Origin: Marsupella aquatica | Lineage: Eukaryota; Plantae; Marchantiophyta | Length of the DNA stretch: 64,000 nucleotides | Direction: 5' to 3' | NCBI GenBank assembly: GCA_973895155.1 | Contig: OZ316894.1 | Span: 4,922,944-4,986,943, forward strand | In this document: positions 48,491-64,000 of the stretch, one piece after another | How the letters are laid out: each line of letters starts with the position of its first letter | Numbering within the stretch: position 1 is the first letter of the stretch | The notes under the pieces: generated by a model | Seen by the model: the letters and a program-made list of their open reading frames with translations, nothing else | What the model was told of the DNA's origin: nothing | Database searches by the model: none | Program-made: the position numbers and the translations under genes

Positions 48491-49094
48491 CCTTGCATAT
48501 CCTCTTAGATCAGCACCACCAGCACCACCAAAACTCTCGATCTGTATCTTGATCGCGAGCGAAGTGAGGCTCCCCCTAACAAAAGTATTGTCCGTCCACA
48601 GCCAGAAATCGCACGAAGGAACCGGGCGAGGTTCTTAATTTTTGTCAGTTGCTTTGCTTGTTAGACCAGGATTGCCGGACAGACATTCAATCGAACTGCA
48701 GGAGCCATCATCGCAGAATTTTTAGTACCTCAACTTCAAAGATCACCGAATTCACAGATCACTGTAGAGCGAAGATTTCTGCGCTGAGTCTCGACAACAT
48801 GCTTCAACCTAATGTAGGAGCGAACGAAACCGAGACAGAGGGTGAGTAGATCGAGCTCAGATTTCATTGCGGGAGCTTGAGAAAATGCTTCGACCTACAT
48901 CGTTGCAACGATTTGAACGACACAGAGTGACAATTAATGGAGCTCAGATTGCTGCGCGCGGAGTTTCAACCAAATGCTTCGACTTACCATTGTAGTTGCA
49001 AACGAAATGACGAATGAAATCGAGCGCTTCCATAGCAGTGAGAGAATGAGAGAGCTCACAACGAGAAGTAACGCTCGTTCACCATAGATCCAAT

Positions 49095-49723
49095 CTCAGT
49101 TTTTAAAATATGCCTTTTTAGGGGAAGCTTTCATAGCTCACAATAGTTGACACGATACTCACATGGACTACGTTAGTGCCATCCTAGTTGGCACAATAAA
49201 TAATAATAAAAACCTACGGTCGCTTGAGAGAAGCTTGTGAATGAATCTCAAGTTTTAATATATGCCTTTTAGGGGAAGCTTTCATAGCTCACAATAGTTG
49301 ACACGATACTCACATGGACTACATTAGTGCCATCCTAGTTGGCACAATAAATAATCATAAAACCTATCCTGAGAGAATGCTTGTGAATGGATCTCAAGTT
49401 TTAAAATATGCCTTCAAGGGGAAGCTTTCATAGCTCACAATAGTTGACACTATACTCACATGGACTACGATAGTGCCATCCTAGTTGACACAATAAATAA
49501 TTATAAAACCTAGCGCGAGAGAATGCTTGTCAATGGATCTCAATTTTTATAATATGCCTTTTGGGGGAAGCTTTCATAGCTCACAATAGTGGACATGATA
49601 CTCACATGGACTACCTTTAGTGCCATCCCAGTTGGCACAATGAAAAATTATAAAACCTAGCGTGAATGCTTGTGAATAGATCTCAATTTTTATTATATGT
49701 CTTTTATGGGAAGCTTTCATAGC
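49095..49723. repeat. ~147-bp tandem repeat x~4.3 upstream of RIC1, each unit with a GTGCCA-n7-TGGCAC hairpin
   Basis: ggaagctttcatagctcacaatag at ~49123, 49274, 49420 and 49566, with a partial unit at 49709. Confidence 0.95.
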
Positions 49724-52045
49724 TGTTTGACACCACACTACTCCAATTTTGGCAGGATTATTAATTATAGTGTATGATTTTGATGACAATCAATTAAGCT
49801 TAATGTTATTCTATTAGTGTAAGCTTTTAATTTATTCTTATTTTCATTGAGTATTGAGTTTAAAAAATAACTTAGTGGCCAGATACTTGGTTACATAAGT
49901 TCTGTTAACATTTTGCACTTAGCCCTTTCATTCTTCTATTGTCAAATTTTATTGGTTTTGTTTTCTGTAGTTGGTGTCCCTAGTATCCTTATATAATCCA
50001 AATGAACTCATGAACCCATCTGTGTGGTGATTTTTATGGTGTGTTATCTAAAATGAACTCATGAACCTATCTATATTGGTAATCTTTCCGGTATGTGTTT
50101 TAGCTTGGGGTCTTTCATGTTATTTTGATCTGGGCCCTTGGGTCTTGCATTCTTTGGTGTTATTTGCTCTAGGTTTTTGGGTCTTGCATTTGCATCTATG
50201 TTGATGTTTGAACTTTAGAGCCAACTTGCATGTGGTGGCCCTCAAACTATCAGCCCTTTGCACCCCCTAACTTGGAGCACCTAGATTCTTAAGAGTATCT
50301 GTTGTCCTGCTAGGTGTGAGTTGCACAACCCCTTTTAGTGCCCCTGTTTGATTGTGAGTTCAAAGCATAGGGCCTCAAGGGCCAAAAAGTTGCCCTTGGT
50401 AATCCACTTTGTGAGCCATAAGCCCTGTATTATTGTGATTTCGAAGTGTAGGACCTCAAGGGCAGGAGTTGCCCTTGGTTCTCCGCTTTGTAGGCCATAA
50501 GCCTTCCCTGATTGAGAAGATTTGTCCACAAAAATCTCAGTCAATACTTTACTAGTATTTATGAAGTTGAGAGTCAGAAAACCAAGTGCCCCCCACATGC
50601 AAGTCTGCTGTTAGTGTCTTTGCTCTAGGTCTTTGGGTCTTGCATTTGCTGGATGGTGATCTTTTTGGTGTGCTATTTAGCTCTGGCTGTTTTAGTCTTG
50701 CATTTTCTGAATACAGTTGTCCTCCTCGTGGCTGTGGGGAAGGCGCTCTTGGGATTACAGGTTTGCTAGCTGTGGGGAAGTCTTGGGTTGGTCGGTTTGC
50801 CATTGCTGGAATTGGACTCATTTGGTTTTGTTGGTCAATTTAAGTAAACGATGTCAAACAATAGGGGCCCACATACTAATTCTCAGTTTCAAAGTGAGCT
50901 CCACTTATCAAGGGAAAGGTGCTGCAAAGAAGCGAGGGTGACGTCAGAGGAAAGGGAATCAAATTGAAGCTCACGCAAAAATCAGAGCATTGTGGAACGG
51001 AAATGAGAAAACGCACGGAGAAAATCGACTCTGGACCTGAAAAGGAAGACCCTGACAGACAACCCCACTGGAGTCAGGCACGGACTTGTTAGTACATGTC
51101 AAGCCAGACAAGATAAAGAGTTGATGACAAGCAATTGTACTGAACTTCAGAACAAAGCATTGAAAGCCATAAAGTTTGCAATGGTGCGGCACTGAAAAAC
51201 AAGGCAGGAGACATCCCAGAAAGGGACGGTTCACCAACACGTTAGATATGCTCAAGAAAAGAAAAGATCTCTTAAACTCCGCACAGAGCCAAGCCAATTT
51301 GAACAAGGTCCCTGGTAGAAAGCCATTGATTTCCTTTGCCCAGCAAACAAGTTAGACGAAGTGGGCGATAAACCACTGTTCCTCTTCACATGGGCGTATC
51401 ACTTTCTTGTGATCTCCTTGTCCACAAACAATATTCTTGGCTCGCAAAGAACATTCATCTAACAAAAAGACACCCACATTACTCATTGCATGAGAGATGA
51501 AAGTTTCGATGTATCATCGCTCGATTCAAGTGCATGTAATAGAATGTGACAATCACTGGTCAAAAACTAACGAGGTTTACATTGCTGGACGCATGAATTC
51601 GAAGGCTCATTAAATCCGCAGACCACACAATTAAGTACGGTTCACATGACCAAAAAACATTATCGAGCCCCGTGATATCATTCTCAACTACCTGTCCACT
51701 AAACCAGCTTACATGATATGAATCACCGTAAACAGAGCACACTCGAACACTTGCAGTCAACAAGCAATCAAGTGTTTCTGGGCCCTTCGCCGGCACACCA
51801 GAGTCTAGGCTATTCATCAACACCGGTTTTGGTATCTTCTTAGAGAAAGGCTGTACTCATGATGCAGCAATAGTTTTCAGTGCATACCGGCGATTGACCC
51901 CAAACCCAACTTGGACGGGACTCAAGGGGAAGATAGAACGACTGCACTCTAATCAGCACCTGGGCAGGCTTTTTGGCCATAAACTGCCATCTGCATTGAA
52001 GACGGGGGAGTCCATACTAACGACACCTATAATACCAGAAGAGGA

Positions 52046-53784
52046 TCAATACCGCCTTCTCACAGGACTACGGGACCGGTGGCCTCGAGGTGATCTGCAC
52101 CAAAGAAGAAAATCACTCAATACATTCCCATGAAACTCTCAAATTACAGCCACTGTTCCAAAGGAAAAAGAGCTCAAAATTTTGCAATACATTGTCCTTT
52201 GGAATCACAGTAGCGAGACAGCATAGCCTTACCTCCTGCGGACATTACGGCGGCGGATGGGACCATTGCTAAACGCCCAATTTACAGCAATTGTCTGCGT
52301 GAGAAGTTCAGCTCCATTCAGGTTGTCGATAGCTGCCTGAGCTTCCTTCTTGTCCTCGTACTCAATGAGCGCATAACCCTAAAACCCCACACAACTCTCA
52401 AATATCATGACAGTGTTTCCGTACAGTCGGGGCCCAAAGCAAATCCTGGCGGAGCAATGAAACCAACAGCTGAATATTTAACTTTGCTCACAAGCTAGAA
52501 ATGTAATATTGGGTTTAACTAAACACCAACCTTAACAAAACCGGTCCTACGATCGAGATTGAGGTGCAAGTTCTTCGTCTCTCCAAATTCAGCGAACATT
52601 TCATGCAGGTCATCCTCCTGAGCCTCCTCGTGTACTCCCGTTACCAAAATAATCCAACCCTCCACAGCTTTTCGTACGTCAGGTCAAGGCAACGACAAGT
52701 TCACAGTTCATATACTGCCCAACTAAAGCGTTCGCATAAGTAGCAGAGATGGACGGAGAAGCAACAGGGTCACAAGGTCGTTTTGCGTATAAATATGAAA
52801 GATGCCCTCGAGCGTTCAATGCCAGGCGGGACTTTTCACACAAATGCTGAGTATCAAATACTACGCAGTGTTTAAGCTTTCATAGCCCCCGCCGTTCCCA
52901 AAAACAGAATTGCAGCAAGATGTTTAGGTAATGAGGACGAAGACAGTATAGGATTTCTAAAGCCATTCTTCCCGTGCTTATTTAGGGGGGGTTTGTTGCA
53001 TTCAATAATCATCAACATATTACACATCAATGCTGATTTTCGACTAAGACTCGGATTTTTCCGAGCCAGTAAGTCCCAAAGGACAACATTGCAGCAAAAC
53101 GAACAACCAGATTATCGCACACGGGGCCAAGAAGAAGTAGGATTATCAGAGCCCAAGACAATCTTCCCGTGCGTATTTTTTAGCCTTTCGTACCTTCGTA
53201 AGCAGCATATTTTCCACAAATGAAGACTTTTCCCATTAGGGTTCAATTGTTTCATCGCCAGTTAGTGATGTAAACGGTTACTGTGAAATTTTGCAATGCT
53301 GCAAAGGCATGGACAGCAGAACGCACGGCCTCTTCGCAAGGAGCAGGTCAGTTTAACCTAAAGATACGCATACAAATAATCCCAACACAGTAAAATGCGG
53401 CCTATTTCACTCTCCTCTTCCCCAAAAGTTCAAGAAAACACACAACGCACAACTTAAGAGACACGCAAGGGGCCCTAATTCTACATAGAGGATACAGCGC
53501 TGAGGACCAGGGCCGCCAGCAGAGTCGAGAGACTCGAACTCCTTCGCAGCGTAACGATTCGAGCGATCGACATCCGCCTCCTCTCGAAACCCCCGCCCTT
53601 TAGTCTTCCTATTCCCGGCGCCGGGCATCACAGCCGACGTCCCCACGCTCGTGCTCGTGATGGTGGACTTCAGCTTCGGGGCGGGAACGGGAGGAGCGTC
53701 AATCTCCTCCATGGGCACATCATCGTCGAGCAGGTCGTCCTCCTCGGGCTCGAAATCGACCGCATCTACTTCGACCGTCGTCAT
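52046..53784 (-). CDS. Y14: RNA-binding protein Y14/RBM8 (exon junction complex core), 4 coding exons (53784-53496, 52667-52531, 52378-52233, 52094-52046), 206 aa
   Basis: [18 protein letters not shown]...KTKGRGF...[27 protein letters not shown]...[21 protein letters not shown]...[10 protein letters not shown]. Intron phases are consistent. Confidence 0.96.
52668..53495 (-). other. U12-type (minor spliceosome) GT-AG intron in Y14
   Basis: 5' site GTATCCTCT. Branch sequence TTGCCTTGAC with the A at 52684, ~16 nt from the AG. No polypyrimidine tract (tgacgtacgaaaag). Confidence 0.85.
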
Positions 53785-53959
53785 TGCTGGGAGAGCTCGT
53801 CGGGCACCGGCAATGCACTCGCTATCCTTCGATTCACTTCTGTGACAAGAGATTTCGGCTATTTCCAATTCGATTGAGCTATGCAACTCTCGTTGTCTCT
53901 CTCTCTCTTCGTGTATAGTCTTCAGTCGGGGCTCTCTTTCCAATATCTCAAGAGCCCGA

Positions 53960-54520
53960 CTGTTTGTTCGTTTGAGATGAAGGTTTTCAACTCGAGAGTG
54001 TTTTCTCTTCGCACTGTTTGTTCACATTTGAGATGAAGGTTTTCAACTCGAGAGTGTTTTCTCTTCGCACTGTTTGTTCACATTTGAGATGAAGGTATTC
54101 AACTCAAGAGTTTTCTCTTAGCATTGTTTGAATGTTAATAGAAACTATGACGATCATTTTGACATACATAATAGGGCTATAGGGCGTGTCAAAGTTTTCC
54201 CTCTAAGCAAAGTGTTTGTGTTTTGGACGTACCACCCTTATGGGGTACACATTTTGTTAGCCCATAGAGATTTTGTCCTATCTGTAAAAGCACTTTATGT
54301 CCTTGCTTTGACACACCCTTATATCCCATCCTCTTTCCCTCCACATACATTTTGGTGGGGCCCTAGAGTTAGGGTCTAGAGGGTTCAGTCTATAAGCCTA
54401 GGCCCTAGCTCTAGCTTCTCATTGTGACTTACTAGTAAGATGTGAGATGAAGGTTTATAACTCAAGACAATTTCTCTTTGTTCATTTGAGATGAAGGTTT
54501 ATAACTCAAAAATATTCTCT
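53960..54520. repeat. ~56-bp tandem array upstream of Y14, interrupted by a ~310-bp Helitron-like insert (54131-54440, minus strand)
   Basis: tgagatgaaggt..tcaactc units at ~53973, 54028 and 54085, resuming at ~54443 and 54487. The insert begins TCTTACTAGTAAG on the minus strand and shares the ggtctagagg motif with the 19799 Helitron. Its 3' CTAG is not clear. Confidence 0.7.
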
Positions 54521-54649
54521 CAAGACTCCTGAGAAAGAATGAGCAGGCTTGGATATAATAGTGTTTAGATTCTCTATGAATGTTTATAAAACCTAGAACC
54601 TTAAACCCTTATTGTGACACTTTCTTTGTATTTTCATCAAAGGCTCTGG

Positions 54650-55930
54650 GTCAGTCATAACCCCTAGCCGGACCCTCCTGGTGAGTCCTTGTCATTGAAG
54701 AACATGGGTCATCCTCAGATTTCCTACAATAATTGTCACTCTTCTTTGTTGAAATTTGACTTTAAATGCAAAATTCCCGTGTTAAGCTAAATAACTCTAG
54801 TTATCCAATGCCAAGATCCGGCCAGGTTTCACCATCAGATGGTCATCCATGTCCTCTACCCTAATCATAACATGCTTTCTAAGCCTCGACATTGAGTTGG
54901 GTATCTCAATTTGCTCTTCACCGTCTTGTGGGCACAATGGTCTTCTAGGGCTCTGGCATCACCCTCAAGGCCCTGGTCTGCCTTAGTTTGCCAAATTGTC
55001 CACTATGACATCTGTCGCGGTATCATCCTCTGGCTCTTCATCCAACCCTCTCAAGGCAGGGATCATTCCCTTTTCTAGGTCTTGAACCCCCTTGTCGAAA
55101 AATCGTCAGAATCATCCTCATTGTTGTCCGAGTCGGTGTTGTCATTGCCTTCCCACCCACCATCCGGAGGAATGGCCACCCCTTCCCCTTATCTTGTTTT
55201 TGCGCCCTACTTGAGGTGTTTGCTGCAGCGGCTGTCGGTTCGGCCGAAGCCAACCTTAAACCCTTAAAGTGCTCATCCAAGGAAGTTGATGCATCTTCCT
55301 CCATCCGGTCAGTACTCGGGCTCTCTCCTTCACGAGGAGAGCCTTCTTGACACTCTTGGATCAAGTGTTGTTAGTCATGACTCCTGCGATCGAATCTGCT
55401 CATAGTCGACCCACCAAACTAGGATTTTTGGATTCCGACTTAGCCCAACTCCGGCTCAGCGTCAATGAAAGCAATTGCTCTGATACCACAAGTGGTGGAC
55501 CTAGCAACCCAGGACCCTCACCAATCATTGTGCTCTTGTTTAAGTACCCATGGTGCCCGAACGTCTACAAAGAACTTTTTGAGCAAGCAACTTGGTGTCT
55601 CTATCACTATCAACAACAACTCTCATACGAAGTCACACTTGCTCCCTAACACGATCGTCGTTCAACGGTCCTCAACATGCATGGCTTAATCTTTGAGACA
55701 AGCATATGACTACTGACAGGATGACAACAACCTTCTGATGATGAAAACTGGCAGGATGTTGACTATTGGATTATTCCAAACAACTAGAGTTACTTGCTTG
55801 ACAAGCAGTACATAGAAAAAGTTGGCAACCTAGTAATTAGACTAAAACGAGTGGCAATATATGGGATTCGACAAAAAAGAGTGTCAATGTAGTATATCTT
55901 ATGGGTCATAATCCCGCATAGTTTTGAGAC
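54650..55930 (-). mobile_element. LTR retrotransposon remnant: Met-initiator PBS at 55477-55488, LTR from ~55493 upward, decayed leader/gag below
   Basis: gctctgatacca is the reverse complement of TGGTATCAGAGC, 4 nt from a TG. Low-complexity charged ORF at 55038-55364. Outer boundaries uncertain. Confidence 0.5.
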
Positions 55931-57236
55931 TCACAACGAGAGTTTACGTTGCGGGTAATGGGTTTTAACCCCCTCAAGCTCACCATCCTTGGGGATTACA
56001 CCCCAAATCCCCCCGGCCCATTGGTTACCCTGTACCCAGTGCCATCTCGATTCACTCAATAATATATCATTATTAAAATGTTGGGTCCCACTAACAAATT
56101 TTTTTGGGGTCCTTGTGAAAAGTAGAAAGAACTGTGTCAAGAAAACATTAAGAATGTTCTAAGCATACTGGTGTAAAACACTGACTTTGCAGTGTTTAGA
56201 TTGTTCTTAAATTAAAAAGTGAAAACAGGAAAACTATATTCTGGCTTGTGTCATTTCTTAAAATAAAAATAACTAAGTTTCATGCAGGTATGAAGCAAAG
56301 AGGATGGCACTGTTGTAATGGCTGTGCAAGTTCATTTTCTTTTTATGGCACAAATAGTTTTTCATCCGCATGAGATTTGTGTAGCACTTTGTCCTACCCA
56401 CACACTCACAACCCTCCCTCACCCACAGTGTGAATTTGGGGGGGGGGTGTGCAAGTGCATTTTGAGATTTGTCTTCTACGAAGTAGGATTAGTATTTAAG
56501 TCTTAACTTGCATGAAATTTGGGTCTGTCATTCAATGTTAAGAAAGGAGAACAAAACCAAAAGGAAAAATCTTAACTTGCTTGAAATTTGGGTTTGTCAT
56601 TAAATGTTAAGAAAGGAGAACAAAAACCCAAAGAGAAAAAACTGAAAATCTTTCAGGTATTTTAGTTTGGGTTAACTCTTTGTTTCTTGCTTATTTTCAA
56701 TTGGGCAATATTAGTCCCTCAAACTTGGATACTGAGTACAACAGTATCATTGGCTTTCAATGAAGTTTCTTCTGACGTGTAGAGCACATCTAAACTTTTG
56801 TTTTTATTTCATCTTGTTTGCAAAAATTATCATAGGGGGGCTTTACAAGAACCAGAGGACAAAAATTGCCAGAACACTTCCAAGATTTTGGTTTTAGATT
56901 TCATCACAACCATGCATATCAAGTGACTAGTCCACTTTGGCTTTACATGAAATTGAGAGGTCACAGGCTTGTACAAGACATCTCCCGGCCAATTCTACAT
57001 GGACTGGTGTGGGTCTCCCAAAATGTTCATGTATGTGGACAGCATAATTTTGGCTAAAGTTTAGACCACCTCTCGAGGTAGTATATTGAAAGGAGCTCTC
57101 ACATCTCATTTTGTCAGCACAACATTAAATGCATTACCTGATCACTTTGTGGTCAGGAGGCAGTCTAAATGGACCTGTGGATTAGGCATGGTGAAACATG
57201 AGTGATCTCTCAATTTTGTTGTCTTGTTCTTAGTTA

Positions 57237-58650
57237 TTTGGACAATGTTGGATACCATAGTGGTTTCTTTTTTGAAACTAACAAGTGTGTGTGGTATATC
57301 ATGTGCGTACTCTCAAACCAGAGTACAGTGTACCTACTTAAACTTCACATTATAGTGACACTTCACCACTTATAAAAAACGTAGAGTGACTGGTAGTCAT
57401 CCAAATGAGTACATTTGCTGGCCTTTCCTGCCAAAGTTAAACCACTAAAACTTGCCTTTTATTATAGGTTGGCTATGATTGTGGATAGTGAGCAGGACAT
57501 GCCACGTTACTGTTGCATCTAGTGTTTGGGAGTTTGTGGCTTTCGTACCACCTTCATGACAATAGTAGTATTACTAGAGCACATCCAAACTTTTGCTTTA
57601 CTAGCACAATAAGGACTCTTTAAACCCACATACCTCATGCATGTCCCTACTCACAAGCATAGTCTAAATGTCAAATTTCTTGTAACCTGAAAAGTTATGG
57701 CCTTTGGCCGTACATTATTAAGTAGGTCATGAACGGTGGATTTTGATCTTGTGATCTTGAATTCTAGTAAAGGATGACTTGATCACAAATTATAGTGACT
57801 TTGGTCACAAATTATAGTATAGGATGATTTGATTGAGAATTATAGTATAGATATAGATTTCATGCTGATTGCAAAACTGATCTAGGTCTTTTGGACAATG
57901 TTGGATGCCATAGGGTTTTTTTTCTCGAAGTTAACCCCAACTGCCCAAGTATGTAAGGGGGTAGTGTACTAGATTTCTCCTTTTTTCCACATTCCATTCA
58001 ATCTTTCCTCTAAAGTACCAGTATGCTGCATAATTTTGAGAAAAATAGCTACAAGACTTCTCCTTTTTTCCACATTTTATTCATTTCTTTCCTCTAAAGT
58101 ACCAGCATGCTCCATAATTATGAGAAAAATTTGCTCTTAGTAGTGAAATTTGGATCCTCTGTAGCTCTTGGAGGGGTAGCTGTTGTTTAACAACTCCACG
58201 TCCCAGCATGCAATGAGTACTCTCAAACCAGAGTACACTGTACATACGTAAACTTCACATGATCCTGCCACTTCACCAATTCTAATAAACGTATGGTGAC
58301 TGGTGGTCATGCAGATCACTACATTTTGCTCACCTTTCCCGCCGAAGTTAAACCATTGAAACTTGCCTTGGTGGGTTGGCCATGATTGTGGATAGTCGGC
58401 AGGACATCCAACGTTACTCCTGCATTTTGCTTGGATTCGTCGAAGTTGGCACAACAGAAGACAGAGTTGAAGGGTGAGGGCGATGCCGAATTCCTTGGAT
58501 GTGTGAACTTCAAGAACAGAACAGTCAAACTCACAACTGCGGAGAGGAAGCACACATCTTTCATTCCTTTTACTTCCAAAATCCTTGGATTTGTAAAATT
58601 CGAGAACAGAACAGTCGAACCCACAATTGTGGAGAGGAAGCACTGACCAC
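57237..58650. repeat. Cluster of local duplications upstream of VTE1
   Basis: 57307-57520 duplicated at 58217-58425. ~83-bp tandem at 57970/58053. ~92-bp tandem at 58490/58582. tggacaatgttggat at 57238 and 57892. Confidence 0.85.
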
Positions 58651-59034
58651 ATCCTGCATTCCTTCCGGTTTTCTTGCCTCGAAACCGAAAGACAATTGAC
58701 CCGTCGATCGTCTTCCCTCATTCCTCTTACTGTAGTAGAGGACGTTTGTAAGGGAAAAGCAGGAGCTGCGTTCTGAAATTTTAAGCCTCTCGACAGCCAA
58801 ATCTCGGTTGAAACTTACCACATAATAAACCGTAGTTTTTTCATCCCTTTGTTGGCGGAGTTAGTGGCGCAGCGGTTGTATGAATTGTTTTCTTCTGAGT
58901 TCAGAGTTGCGCTCTTGGATTTTCTATTGATGACACATAAATCCTGACTGTGTGATCATTCAGCTCCTGGTGTCGTCACTTCGAGTGTTTATTTGAAGGG
59001 AAGTAGACCATAGAAGGAGGTAGGACGAGAGAGA

Positions 59035-62968
<3,934 letters not shown>

Positions 62969-64000
62969 GGCTTTTCATTGAACAACCCCTCCAGTCCACC
63001 ACTGATAGCGTTTCATTATATACTGAATGTTTGTGAAGGCACACTTGCCTGCCCGACCTGCTGTTTTACAGTCTTCCAGAGCGACACAAATCACTTCTGA
63101 GAGGCATATCTCCTCGGTGTAGTTGTAGCCACCAGGTGTACAGTGACTTTGTATCTGAAGGTTGAAAGAAAGAAGGAATGTGGTAATCCGACCTATGATT
63201 CCCCACAACCATTGGTCAGATCACCCGGGTTTTCTGCTATCTCATAGGAACTTCTCAAAGTTTTGTACAACTAAGTCAATCCCACCAATGGCATGTCTTA
63301 GAATCTACCTTTTGCTGTGAGTCGTTCTTGAGAAATTTGGGAATATGAGATGCTTCTGCTCAAAGGTTGCTAGTATTTCCCTGGTTGATTCTGGATTTCG
63401 AAACTCTGTTTTTGACAACTCTTGCTCGATTTGGGCCCAGCTGGATGTTAGATTTGTTGCGACTTCATGTCGAAGGACTAAGTTTTAGAGAAAAAGGGAA
63501 GACGCATTCCTAGAGGAGGGTAAATCCTGAAAAAAATTGTGCGCTGCAATTGTTTTCACTTTACAATGACAAATATGTTCAGTTCGCTCCATATGACTTG
63601 TCACCAATGAGGGATATGTGCGAAAGCTGGTCCTTTAAAATGGCCAAGAATTTCTCAACCATGAACGAAAAATGAAATAGATAGCCATGAAATGTACAGG
63701 GAACCAGGTTCACAAACTTCGAGTCTGGGGATGGATATTAGGCCTCCCTTTCTAGGAGCTTGAATGAATTAAGATTTGTTGCCACGAAAGGAATTTATGA
63801 ATACGTGGGAATTGCTGGGTCAGTCTGGCCATGGCCGTATGGCCGTATTCAATAACAATAACTCTTCAAGAATCATTCACTCTTGTAAGGTCTGGTTACA
63901 ATGAGGAGCATTATGTACGACAGCCACGTATTCCACTCACTCCATATACTCTTGGCTCTGGCTCGGTTTTGAGACGGTTGCAATGAGCTATAGAGCATGT

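Noticed and set aside
49095-49723. CRISPR-like array
   Set aside because: Whole units repeat with no unique spacers. Eukaryotic context and no cas genes.
50335-51460. Protein-coding ORFs between RIC1 and Y14
   Set aside because: No recognisable motifs. The region contains local duplications typical of TE debris.
53407-53943. 178-aa ORF as the complete Y14 protein
   Set aside because: It begins in the 5' UTR at a non-ATG codon and reads into intron 1. The true start is 53784.
55960-55985. Polypurine tract implying a PPT-LTR-PBS tandem structure
   Set aside because: gcttgagggggtt on the minus strand is not followed by a TG LTR start, so the boundary is unsupported.
58137-58721. 194-aa minus-strand ORF upstream of VTE1
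   Set aside because: Built from local tandem duplications, with no domain similarity or splice support.

Overview
Eukaryotic, intron-rich land-plant DNA. Gene structure and TE content suggest a non-seed plant such as a bryophyte, but this is inference. There are no prokaryotic features, rRNA, true tRNA or CRISPR. The right half (35.5-63 kb) holds four conserved multi-exon housekeeping genes: TXNDC9/phosducin-like (-), RIC1 (-), the exon-junction-complex subunit Y14/RBM8 (-, first intron U12-type) and tocopherol cyclase VTE1 (+). The left half (4.8-35.4 kb) is a birth-and-death tandem array of F-box/Kelch genes with intronless CDSs (-): three open copies (A, C, D), two pseudogenes (B, F) and one CDS-less shell (E). 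The duplication breakpoint lies about 160 nt downstream of the TXNDC9 stop codon. Every duplicated copy therefore carries a 3' region derived from TXNDC9, while the distal copy A lacks it. The paralogous units supply empty sites, so several insertions can be delimited almost exactly: a CRE-like non-LTR fragment, a GNAT pseudogene with an A-rich tail, a 353-bp Helitron and a long-TIR MULE with a 10-bp TSD. There are also non-autonomous elements with short asymmetric subterminal inverted repeats that I cannot assign to a standard superfamily. All coordinates and alignments were read by eye, and no database searches were run.
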